Shown piece after piece: positions 1 through 9,300 of a stretch of 64,000 nucleotides of DNA. The position numbers and the translations under genes are program-made. A model generated the notes under the pieces. That model was not told where the DNA came from. It did no database searches and saw only the letters and a list, made by a program, of their open reading frames with translations. Every line of letters begins with the position of its first letter. Position 1 is the first letter of the stretch. The DNA is from an uncultured Flavobacteriales bacterium (GTDB lineage: Bacteria > Bacteroidota > Bacteroidia > Flavobacteriales_D > Sanyastnellaceae), in NCBI GenBank assembly GCA_905478325.1, contig CAJQIB010000010.1, forward strand, positions 3,773 through 67,772, read 5' to 3'.

Positions 1-1055
1 ACATCCCCTTCGAAAACAGTCTGGTTTCAACTTTTCTTGGACAGGCACAAGGATATTCCCCTAGTGACCTGTACGACACATTTCCCTTTACAGCAAACCT
101 TGCTTGGGACACTTATTTGCTCGACCCGCACCCCAACGGCAACCCCACTTCTTACATTTCGGCCATCCCTCAAGGGGGCGCGCGAACAAGCAAAAACATA
201 GACAGAACAGGTCAACTATCAGAAACGAACATTGGCTTTGGATCGGGCCTGTCCGAAGTTGTTTATATCGGCATAACCCTCGGTATCGTCAATGTAGATT
301 TCAGTGAAGAAACCCGACACCGAGAAATGCCCATGGTGGACTCGTTGGAACTCACCGAATGGACCTTCCGTGAAAACTTAGTAATCGAAGGAAGCGGCAT
401 CAATGTGAAGGTGGGCTTGATTGCCGTTCCATCGCCTTGGCTTCGCATAGGAACCGCCTACCATAGCCGTTCCCGACTGAGCATGACAGAGAAGTATTCC
501 ACGGGCATCACGAGCACATTCGTCGATGGCGGACCATACGAGGTGCTGTCCCCGTTTAACCAAATCGAATATGTCATCGTGACGCCATCGCGTTTCTTAG
601 CCTCCGCTGCCTTCCTGTTGGGCAAGGGCGGCATCATCAGTGCTGACTACGAAGTCGTCAATTATGCCACGGGTGAGTTAAGAAAAAGCGCTTTCTCTCC
701 GGACGGTGCCTATGCGTTTGGCGACGAAAATGAAGCTCTACAAGCAGTCTATGGTACTTCGAGGATGGCACGTGTTGGAGCCGAAATTCGCATTCAAGAC
801 GCATTTCGACTGCGCTTTGGTGCGGGCATGGAAACATCGCCCTACACCAATGCCGCCCAAGTCGAAGCCAACGCCAAACGTTACCAAGCCAGTTTCGGTT
901 GGGGGGTTCGCTCGGAGAAATGGTACGGTGCAATGACATACCGTCGCAGCTGGACCGAACAAGACCTTTACTTGTCCTCCCCTGTCCTCGTCGACGCCGC
1001 CAAAGTCGGCAACACCCACGGCATGGTGGTGGCAGCTCTTGGATTCCGGATGTAA
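1..1055 (+). CDS. outer-membrane beta-barrel protein, FadL/OMPP1-like (5' end lies outside window)
   Basis: Frame 3 is open from nt 3 with no stop, so the ORF-track TTG at 117 is internal. Alternating hydrophobic/aromatic beta-strand pattern; hairpin terminator follows. Confidence 0.5.
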   Translation, partial: IPFENSLVSTFLGQAQGYSPSDLYDTFPFTANLAWDTYLLDPHPNGNPTSYISAIPQGGARTSKNIDRTGQLSETNIGFGSGLSEVVYIGITLGIVNVDFSEETRHREMPMVDSLELTEWTFRENLVIEGSGINVKVGLIAVPSPWLRIGTAYHSRSRLSMTEKYSTGITSTFVDGGPYEVLSPFNQIEYVIVTPSRFLASAAFLLGKGGIISADYEVVNYATGELRKSAFSPDGAYAFGDENEALQAVYGTSRMARVGAEIRIQDAFRLRFGAGMETSPYTNAAQVEANAKRYQASFGWGVRSEKWYGAMTYRRSWTEQDLYLSSPVLVDAAKVGNTHGMVVAALGFRM

Positions 1056-1113
1056 ACACTCCTCGGCGTTCATCCTCATTGCACTCCTCTCATTCCGCGT
1101 GACTTCAGGCCAT

Positions 1114-1149
1114 AAAAAAACCCTGCTTACCAGAGGTAAACAGGGTTTT
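1114..1149. terminator. bidirectional intrinsic terminator between convergent genes
   Basis: A7 run, 11-bp stem ccctgcttacc/ggtaaacaggg (1 mismatch), 3-nt loop, T4 run. Confidence 0.75.
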
Positions 1150-1173
1150 CAATTCTTTTAAAGGAACGAGGCC

Positions 1174-1977
1174 TTATTGTTTTTTCGCTTTTGCGATCGC
1201 CTTTGTAATCTGAGTATCGATCCGAACCTGCTCCTCGTCGGCCAGCTCTTTGTCAACCAAGATTCGTCCGCTGTGCTCATCGACGATAATGCGCTTGCGC
1301 TGTGCGATGTCAATCTGACGTTGTGGTGGAATCTTGATATACGAACCCGCAGACGCTTGACGTTCGATTGGAACCACGGCCAATCCGTTTTTCGCAGAAT
1401 TGCGAATACGCTGGTAGCTCGCCAACAAGCGGGCTTCGATGCTCGAAGACATCTTGTCGCTCAAGGCAGTCAATACACTTTCTTCAGCTTGGGTCTCAGA
1501 AATGATCTCGGCCAACTCGGAACGCTTGCCTACGAGATCTGCATCACGCATTTCAACCTTTTCCTTACTGGACACGACCAACTCACTTTTTTGATCCACT
1601 TGTGCCAAGCACTCACGGATTTTCTTCTCGCACAATTCAATCTCCAACGTTTGGTATTCGATCTCTTTATTCAAAGAATCAAATTCCCGGTTGTTACGGA
1701 CATTGTTTTGTTGCTCCGTGTATTTGGTGATCAAGGCTTTGCTCTCCTCGATCTGATTCTTGTATGCAGCGATGCGCTGGTTTACCAAATCAACTTCCTC
1801 TTCGAGGCGTTCCAATCGGGTGCGCAATCCGGCAATCTCGTCTTCTAGGTCTTCGACTTCCAATGGCAATTCACCACGTACCACGCGAATGCGGTCGATG
1901 CGTGAATCAATCAATTGCAAGTCATAAAGTGCCCGGAGCTTGTCTTCAGCGGTAGAAACAGTGGTCTTCTTAGCCAT
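1174..1977 (-). CDS. COG1579/DUF164-type coiled-coil protein with degenerate C-terminal zinc ribbon
   Basis: Long heptad-rich coiled coil. C-terminal IPPQRQ...IIVDEHSGRIL block typical of the family. Sits 9 nt downstream of nif3, the usual partner. Confidence 0.7.
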   Translation of the reverse strand: MAKKTTVSTAEDKLRALYDLQLIDSRIDRIRVVRGELPLEVEDLEDEIAGLRTRLERLEEEVDLVNQRIAAYKNQIEESKALITKYTEQQNNVRNNREFDSLNKEIEYQTLEIELCEKKIRECLAQVDQKSELVVSSKEKVEMRDADLVGKRSELAEIISETQAEESVLTALSDKMSSSIEARLLASYQRIRNSAKNGLAVVPIERQASAGSYIKIPPQRQIDIAQRKRIIVDEHSGRILVDKELADEEQVRIDTQITKAIAKAKKQ

Positions 1978-1985
1978 GGTATGGG

Positions 1986-3104
1986 TCAGCGATAGTGAAT
2001 AGGATTCGGATTGGCCTCTGCCAAATGGACTGCAAAATTAGTGAATTTATTGTTTAAGCGACTCACAATCAAGTGCGTTGTTTGCCATTCACTTTCGTAG
2101 TGCCCTACATCTGCAATAACCAGACGGTTTTCAGCCCCAAAAAACTCATGGTATTTGAAGTCTGATGTGACAAAAACATCGGCTCCACAACGAATGGCAT
2201 CAGACAGCAAAAAGCTCCCAGCCCCCCCGCAAACAGCGACTTTACGAATAGCTTTCCCTAACAAATCGGTATGTCTTACAGCACCGCAACCTAAGTTTTT
2301 TTTGAGCTGATCTAGGAAAACATCTTCTGGCATGGGGGCGTCCAACTCTCCGACCATTCCACTACCAACATGTCCACTTGTGTTGGTCAAAGTCCAAATA
2401 CTGTGCGCAACCTCCTCATATGGATGGGCCTCTTTCAGTGCGACCAGCACTCCTGACAACTTCCACGTTTCAACCACAACCTCCACCCTTACTTCACCAA
2501 CTTCACTTCGCACTCCCTCCTCTCCACTAAATGGTTTAGAACCTGGGAGGGGCCGAAAGGTGCCTTGCCCTTGAACAGCCCAACCGCACTCGTCGTATTG
2601 ACCGATTTTACCGGCACCTGCCTCGAACATCGCATCTTGCACGCTTCCTGCATGCTCTTGAGGCACGTAGACGACGACTTGATTCAATACCGCTGGCTTC
2701 GGCCTTAAAATGCGCAGAGAATCCGGCATGCAACCGACGGCAGTCGCTAGTTTTTGATTCACACCATCGGCCACATTGTCCAAATTGGTATGAATGGCGT
2801 AAAGGGCAATTCCGTGTCGAATCGCCGCCATGACAGTGCGCTCTACATGATTCGACCCGGTCAAGCGCTTCAACCCTTGAAATACGATGGGGTGGTGTGA
2901 GACAATCATGCCCGCACCGCGGCGAGCGGCCTCCTCAACCACGGCTTCTGTACAATCCAATGAAACCAAGACACTCTGGATTGCGGCTGTGGGGTCTCCC
3001 ACCAACAAACCGGAATTGTCATAGGACTCCTGAAGCACCGGTGGGGCCCATTGTTCGAGCACATCCATTACAGCCTGAACACGTATCGTTTGAGCAACTT
3101 GCAT
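1986..3104 (-). CDS. Nif3-like dinuclear metal centre protein (YqfO-type with inserted domain)
   Basis: 372 aa with SYDNSGLLVG, IVSHHP, YAIHTNLD and VTSD motifs; conserved pairing with the COG1579 gene. Confidence 0.85.
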   Translation of the reverse strand: MQVAQTIRVQAVMDVLEQWAPPVLQESYDNSGLLVGDPTAAIQSVLVSLDCTEAVVEEAARRGAGMIVSHHPIVFQGLKRLTGSNHVERTVMAAIRHGIALYAIHTNLDNVADGVNQKLATAVGCMPDSLRILRPKPAVLNQVVVYVPQEHAGSVQDAMFEAGAGKIGQYDECGWAVQGQGTFRPLPGSKPFSGEEGVRSEVGEVRVEVVVETWKLSGVLVALKEAHPYEEVAHSIWTLTNTSGHVGSGMVGELDAPMPEDVFLDQLKKNLGCGAVRHTDLLGKAIRKVAVCGGAGSFLLSDAIRCGADVFVTSDFKYHEFFGAENRLVIADVGHYESEWQTTHLIVSRLNNKFTNFAVHLAEANPNPIHYR

Positions 3105-3108
3105 GTCT

Positions 3109-3116
3109 CAAAGGTA
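3109..3116 (-). promoter_or_regulatory. Bacteroidota -7 box (TACCTTTG) for nif3, 4 nt from the ATG
   Basis: Minus strand reads TACCTTTG-AGAC-ATG; perfect match to TAnnTTTG. Confidence 0.5.
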
Positions 3117-3149
3117 ATTGCGCACACGAATAACCCGTAATTTCAGCAC

Positions 3150-4217
3150 ATGATTCGCAATGCTCTCCTTTGGCCATGGAGTGTCCTATATGGGCTTGCG
3201 CTGCGCTTGCGTCATCTTTTGTACGACATAGGCGCACTCCATTCTTCACCAGGGGCACTGCCCACTGTAGTTCTAGGCAATCTTACCGTAGGTGGTACCG
3301 GTAAAACACCCTTGACAGAACTGCTCGTTCGGGAAATGGAACAGCTCATTGGCCCAGGCTCAGTTGGCATATTGAGCCGCGGCTATGGACGTAAATCCAA
3401 AGGGTTTCACTGGGTCGATGCGCTAGACCATGCCATTGATGTTGGAGATGAGCCGCTCATGTTGCGGCGAAAGATGCCCCACGTCGCTGTTGCTGTGTGC
3501 GAAGACCGGCTGAAAGGTCTCCTGCGGATGCACCAAGAAAACCCGGACTTAAAATGGGTGATTTGCGACGATGCGTTGCAACACCGGTCTTTGGTTCCCA
3601 CGGTATCCATGCTAGTTCTGGATGCCACACAGCCCGTGGTAAAAGATCGACTGCTGCCACTAGGGCGGCTGCGGGATTTGCCCTCTCGGATGGGCCATTT
3701 CGATGCGGCTGTGGTGACACGCTTGGAGCACCACACCGAGGGCGCTTTGGAAACGGCCTTACAAGAAGCAGGATGGCCGCTACATCGGGTTCACTTCGGA
3801 ACCTTTATGCACCCCATGCCACTCCTCTCCTTTCCACAAGGAACCCCTGCTAAAAATGGTGCAAGTGACGCATCTCCATCACAGAGAGAGCGCATTCTCG
3901 CCGTTGCCGGTATCGCAAGACCACTGCGCTTCATGGATCGCTTAAGCGAGCGATTTCAGGTCGTCCGACGTGAGGCCTTTGCCGATCACGGAACATTTTC
4001 AGACAAGGACATCAAGCGGTGGCGCGTGATTATGGAATCCGATCGACTGCAGGCGCTTGTGACCACCGAAAAAGATGCCACCCGACTCGAGGGAATGGAC
4101 CTTGAAGGCTTGGACATTCGTTACGAGCCAATTCAAGCTCAATTGATTCCCCAGACTCCGCTTCAAGATTGGTTGAAAAGTCAAATAAAGAAGCACGACA
4201 GCACGTCTTCTCATTAG
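3150..4217 (+). CDS. lpxK: tetraacyldisaccharide 4'-kinase
   Basis: GNLTVGGTGKTP P-loop near the N-terminus, length 355 aa, TTEKDA motif near the C-terminus. Confidence 0.9.
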   Translation: MIRNALLWPWSVLYGLALRLRHLLYDIGALHSSPGALPTVVLGNLTVGGTGKTPLTELLVREMEQLIGPGSVGILSRGYGRKSKGFHWVDALDHAIDVGDEPLMLRRKMPHVAVAVCEDRLKGLLRMHQENPDLKWVICDDALQHRSLVPTVSMLVLDATQPVVKDRLLPLGRLRDLPSRMGHFDAAVVTRLEHHTEGALETALQEAGWPLHRVHFGTFMHPMPLLSFPQGTPAKNGASDASPSQRERILAVAGIARPLRFMDRLSERFQVVRREAFADHGTFSDKDIKRWRVIMESDRLQALVTTEKDATRLEGMDLEGLDIRYEPIQAQLIPQTPLQDWLKSQIKKHDSTSSH

Positions 4218-4267
4218 CACTCGAGGAGATTTTCCGAAGAGAGCGGAAAATTCAAGATATTTACACC

Positions 4268-5512
4268 ATGAAGGAACGTGTCATATTTCGGCAGACTGCA
4301 CATTGGATGGGTACCGTTGCTGTCTTCTTTATTCTCCTGACCACAGGGGGATGCCAATCGGAGGGGAACGGCAATACCATTGATGGAACGTTGCTAGGTC
4401 CCAATGGTCGGAACGTAGAAGTGGAATTGAAAAAGTGGATGACTGGAAAGGATGGGAAAAGCGGTCAATTCATTGCCATCGACGCCACCTATTCTGATGC
4501 TGAAGGCCAATTTCACCTTGAGCCCCAGCGGCCATTGCCTATGGACTTTTACCAAATCATGGTCAGCAAAACCAAGGCATTGGTTGTGATCATGGACAGC
4601 ACAAAAAGCTTGCAAATTGAAGCAACAGTGCCCGATGCAGGGTACATTCTTAACGCTCAAATTGAGGGGTTCGAGGACGCGCAAGAGGCAACCGAGTATT
4701 ACGCCAAAGCCGTGCCACTCCAAGATCGCATGAGCATGACACGGGTCGGAATGCAACAGGCTAAAAACGCAGAAAGACGACAAGCACTTTCTGTCCAAAG
4801 TGTCGAAATTGCGGCTGAAGTAACGGCATGGGCGAAGAGCTTCCTGAACGACCACAAAGGATCACTGGCATGTTTAGGGCCTCTCGAGCATCTCGACATC
4901 CGACCCAACATGGTCGTTTTCAAGGAAGTCTTGAAGTCTACGAAGTCTGCTTTGGGCGGTGGTGCATACCACCAGGTTTTGAGCAGTGTGATTCAAGGCG
5001 AAGAAGCGAAGATGCAAGCCGCTACGAAAGCGCGAACAATTCCTAAAGGAAACGGAGCGAACAAACCGAGAGCACAAAAGAACTCTCGGTATACCGTTGG
5101 CGATCAAGCTCCGGACATTGTCATGAATGACCCCACTGGAAAACCGCGAAAATTGAGCGACCTCAGAGGGAAAGTGGTACTCGTCGATTTTTGGGCTTCT
5201 TGGTGTGGACCGTGTCGCAGAGAGAACCCTTCCGTTGTCCGTGCTTACCAGCAGTACAATTCGAAAGGATTTGAGATTTTCTCGGTCTCATTGGACAAGG
5301 ACCTTGAGCGTTGGAAAGGCGCCATCGCTCAAGACCAACTGGAATGGCCGAATCACGTCTGCGACCTCAAGGGATGGAGCAACGAGGCCGCCAGAGCGTA
5401 TGGCGTCAGCAGCATTCCTCACGCCGTCTTAATCGACCAAGAGGGCACCATTGTCGCCACGCACCTGCGCGGCGGGGCATTGGTCGCCAAGTTGCAAGAA
5501 CTGCTTCCATAA
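4268..5512 (+). CDS. TlpA-family thiol:disulfide oxidoreductase lipoprotein with long N-terminal domain
   Basis: C-terminal thioredoxin fold with DFWASWCGPCRRENP. Signal peptide plus LTTGGC lipobox if it starts at ATG 4268 (MKERV...). The ORF-track start at 4169 overlaps lpxK. Confidence 0.8.
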   Translation: MKERVIFRQTAHWMGTVAVFFILLTTGGCQSEGNGNTIDGTLLGPNGRNVEVELKKWMTGKDGKSGQFIAIDATYSDAEGQFHLEPQRPLPMDFYQIMVSKTKALVVIMDSTKSLQIEATVPDAGYILNAQIEGFEDAQEATEYYAKAVPLQDRMSMTRVGMQQAKNAERRQALSVQSVEIAAEVTAWAKSFLNDHKGSLACLGPLEHLDIRPNMVVFKEVLKSTKSALGGGAYHQVLSSVIQGEEAKMQAATKARTIPKGNGANKPRAQKNSRYTVGDQAPDIVMNDPTGKPRKLSDLRGKVVLVDFWASWCGPCRRENPSVVRAYQQYNSKGFEIFSVSLDKDLERWKGAIAQDQLEWPNHVCDLKGWSNEAARAYGVSSIPHAVLIDQEGTIVATHLRGGALVAKLQELLP

Positions 5513-5521
5513 CGCCATCGT

Positions 5522-6304
5522 TTGCAACACATCTACCTCGCTTCTGATTTGCATTTGGGTGCTCCCAACCGGGCAGAAAGCCTGGTGAGAGAGCGGAAAT
5601 TCGTGCAATGGCTGGAACAGGCTGCGCAAGGAACAGGCCATGCCCAAAATGGAGCCGCTACTGAAATCCATTTGGTCGGTGACCTCTTTGATTTTTGGTT
5701 CGACTATCGTCATGCTGTGCCTAAAGGAGCCGTTCGTCTCCTAGGAGCCATCGCTCGTGTTGCAGATAGCGGCATCCCCGTGCATTTCCATGTTGGCAAT
5801 CACGACCTCTGGACATTTGGATATTTTGAAGATGAGCTGGGCGTTTCCGTTCACCGGGAACCGATTGTTCGAGAATACGATGGATTGCGTTGCATGATCG
5901 GCCATGGAGATGGCCTCGGTCCCGGAGATGCCTCGTACAAGCGACTCAAGAAAGTCTTCACCAACAAACTACTGCAAGGCGCCTACCGGCTCGTGCACCC
6001 TGATTTGGGCATTCCTTTGGCTTCTTACTTCTCAAGGAACAGCAGAGCTTCGCAAGGGCCGCAGGAAGACACATACACCGGTCCAGAAGGCGAATGGCTC
6101 TGGCACTATTGCAAAGAAGTTCTGAAGACAGAAGACATTGATTGTTTTCTTTTTGGACATCGACACCTCCCTCTTGATTTGACCGTTCGCCATCCCCGAC
6201 CGGGGAAGAAAGATGCCCGATACATCAACATCGGTGATTGGATCCATCACTTTACCTCAGCGCGGATCGAAGGCGGCAATGCCTTCCTCGATCGCCACGA
6301 GTGA
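5522..6304 (+). CDS. lpxH: UDP-2,3-diacylglucosamine diphosphatase (metallophosphoesterase)
   Basis: SDLHLG, GDLFDFW, GNHD, GHGD and GHRH calcineurin-like motifs; TTG start; lies beside lpxK. Confidence 0.8.
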   Translation: MQHIYLASDLHLGAPNRAESLVRERKFVQWLEQAAQGTGHAQNGAATEIHLVGDLFDFWFDYRHAVPKGAVRLLGAIARVADSGIPVHFHVGNHDLWTFGYFEDELGVSVHREPIVREYDGLRCMIGHGDGLGPGDASYKRLKKVFTNKLLQGAYRLVHPDLGIPLASYFSRNSRASQGPQEDTYTGPEGEWLWHYCKEVLKTEDIDCFLFGHRHLPLDLTVRHPRPGKKDARYINIGDWIHHFTSARIEGGNAFLDRHE

Positions 6305-6323
6305 GTCCAACCCTTCCTCAAAC

Positions 6324-6360
6324 AAAAAGCCCCCACCAGAAATATCTGGTGGGGGCTTTT
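6324..6360. terminator. bidirectional intrinsic terminator
   Basis: 11-bp perfect stem gcccccaccag/ctggtgggggc, 6-nt loop, flanked by A5 and T4 runs, between convergent genes. Confidence 0.85.
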
Positions 6361-6379
6361 GAATTTAGATAGCATCCAA

Positions 6380-9300
6380 TTAACGGCGGATCAACAACTT
6401 CGATGTTTGTTGGAATTGACCGTTGGCCATGCGCACGATGTACGTTCCGTTGCCCAAGCCTGCGACATCCAACGTGATTGGATTGCCCATGTATGCTCGA
6501 ATGGATTGATCAACAGCCAAACGTCCAGTGAGATCAAACACCTGCATCTGGAAGTCACCGCGCATCGCTTCTGACTGTACGGTAACCGTTGAACCGGTAA
6601 CCGGATTTGGATAGACCTGAAGAACTTGCGCTTCCACTACGGCTTCATCCGAAACATCACCCGTTCCAAGGAACAAATCAGATCGGAAAATACCGCGACC
6701 GTGCGTCGCTGCATAGATCGCTCCTTGATTTGAAGGATTAATCCAAGGAGCCACTCCACGCCACTGTTGTTTCAAATCGAACACGGGCGCTGTAATCTGA
6801 CTTGATGTCGACGCCATGTTTTGATTCGAGATAACCCAGTCATCTCCACCGTTGTCTGTTGCAAAAACTCCGTACTCTGTACCCACAAGAATCGTCTCTC
6901 CTGAAGGATCCATCGCATCAATGATGACATCATAACATGGCATGCTTCCCAAATTCGAAACATTCCAGATGTTGGTCCAGGATGGCGAATCATCCAAGGC
7001 ATTAAACGTTTCTTGCACTTTGCCAGAAGAGATCGCGCCATAACCTCCTACAGAGATAATAACGTGATTTGGGTTGTTCGGGTCAACCGATACCCCTGTA
7101 ATGGCAGCTCCTACAGATCGAATCTGCTTGCCCATATTGGCAGGCACATCTTCTTGACTGTAGATGGATTCCATGCCATCAAATCGATACAGCTTACCGT
7201 CCCAACCGCTCACAAACATGTGATTTCCCGCTTCAGGTTCCACATTCACTGTGAACTCCACGGCCTTCGTTCCTGTTCCTGCTGGTGCATCATCCAATCG
7301 AATCCAAGATGGCGTCGTGTTGAAGTTCAGTCCATCGCGGGTCATCCAAATTCCGTTGCCGCCGTTAAAACCGGCGATTGTAATCGCGGTGTATGGGTCA
7401 ACGACTTGCAAACGTCCAGGCACGTTTGTCATCGTATCACCTGCGTGGAAGTACAGCGTATCACAAAGCGTGCTCACATCATATACGTCGACAGACACAT
7501 AGGTCGTGTCATAACCTACGGTGTTGTAGATCCATTCTTCCCAAGCTTCAACGTAGACCGAGTCTACAATGGGGGTGATATCAACAATGACATCTTCTTG
7601 ACCAACCAGCAGGCTATCCGTTACACATTCCAATTGAGCAATGGCTTCTTGAGGATCCATCCAGAAATAGTCAGGATCCGCTTCCAAGGCATAATCCAAA
7701 ATCCGTTCTGGACGAATCAACTCATCGTAGAATGGCAACTCCACCCCTTCTGGCAATGTGTACTCGAAATCGAGGTTTTGGTTTGCCGTTGATAGGGTAA
7801 ACGAGCTATCCGTTACAGTCTCGCCGTATGGATTGACCAAGATAACAGCGCTTTGCGCGTCCTGGTCATCGGAATTCTCGTAAAGACGTACAACCGAATA
7901 AAACTGTCCAATCTCTCCTTCCTCATTGATCAATTCTGCGATATTCTCATCGTAGAAATTTCCGTAGTTATTGACGGCTCCTGGTCCAACCGTGCCTCGA
8001 ACGAGCCCCCCGTTCTGAGACGCTGCATAGAAAGCATATTCGTAGCCTTCAACTTCCGTAATCTGAGAAATAGCACAATCGAATCCGTCTCCTCCATTCA
8101 CTTCAACAGCTTCTTGATCACTCAAGAAATAGCCACTGGCAGGAATGAAGAGTGAACCGTTGTCTTGGGTGCCACCCAACACTGCACTGCGCGCACTGTG
8201 GTCCATACCATAGAACTGCGTCACCGAAAAGTCTCGGTTGATGTCGATGTAGCTATCGCCACCATCTGTGCTTTTATAAATCCCTCCGTCACCCACGATG
8301 TACATGTTACCACTTGGCGTAAACATGATGTCATGAATGTCAGCGTGAACGTCAAAATCTGTACCTGCAAAATCAAACGCGTATGCTGCCAATTCAGCTT
8401 GTTGATTCGGGCCAGAGCGCCACAATTCGATGCCACCAACGTAGGCCATTTCAGGATTTCCTTGTTGCACTCCCAAAGCCAAATCATAAATCCCTTGTGG
8501 TCTAGGAAGCGGAGTTGCTTCGGCAATACCAGCCGGCCACACATTGCTCCAAGTACCTTCTTGTCCTGCGCTACCTGAGTAATACAGCCCACCAAACGAA
8601 CCACCGCTTGTCGCGAAGACAACAAAGGCACTATTCGCGTCATCAATGGAAATGGCTACACGCAAACGACCGTTTCCACTTTGTGGCAACACCGTGTCGT
8701 CATTGTTTGAGCCGGAAACCAATACGAAATCAGTGAAAGCCGCATCCGTGCTTCGGTAGACTCGACAGTTGGTCATCCCCACAAGCATATACGATCCATC
8801 CGCAGCAATGGCCATATCTGAAACAGGGCCACTGATGTTGCCCGGGCTCATTGTCAAAATACCGTTCTCAATGAAACCGTACCCTGCATTGCTTCCAAAC
8901 CACACACGATCATCGTCGCCAGGATCAGCAACTAAAGCATCCGTTGCTGAAAAATCACCTGATCCGAACTGGCCTGGATCCGTGCCTTCAACCATGGAGA
9001 AATTCTCTCCGTCGTTGGACCACCAAATTCCTCGGCCACGAAATTCACTTCCTCCCTCTCCGGATCCGCCTTCATAAATTGAGCCAGAACCAACGTATAG
9101 ATCGCCGTTTCCAGTGATAGCCAATGAGCCAATCACGGTATTGTCCAAACCAAACATTTGGTTCCAGTCGTTTCCGCCGTTATCGCTTTTCCATAGGCCG
9201 CCAGAAACTGACCCTGCGTAAAGAATGGTTTCTTCACTTCCATCTTCTGGAATCACAGCGACAATGGCGCGTGTTCGTCCACCGATGTTGTCAGGCCCCA

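Noticed and set aside
1177-1848. 223-aa ORF on the plus strand, opposite the coiled-coil gene
   Set aside because: It is a shadow ORF antisense to a well-supported gene. The low-complexity Leu/Phe-rich translation is typical of the reverse frame of a Glu/Lys/Leu-rich coiled coil.
4169-4267. ORF-track N-terminal extensions, here and at 13470, 19381-20562, 32768-33616, 35191-35532, 42505, 44411-45163, 48779 and 62040
   Set aside because: The extensions overlap upstream genes, terminators or promoter boxes. Internal ATGs give canonical N-termini or signal peptides, so the shorter starts were used.
7013-7792. 259-aa ORF antisense to the BNR/T9SS gene, plus several smaller ones between 7250 and 9680
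   Set aside because: These ORFs have no recognisable motifs and lie entirely inside a 1082-aa gene with strong domain evidence. They are a frame artefact.
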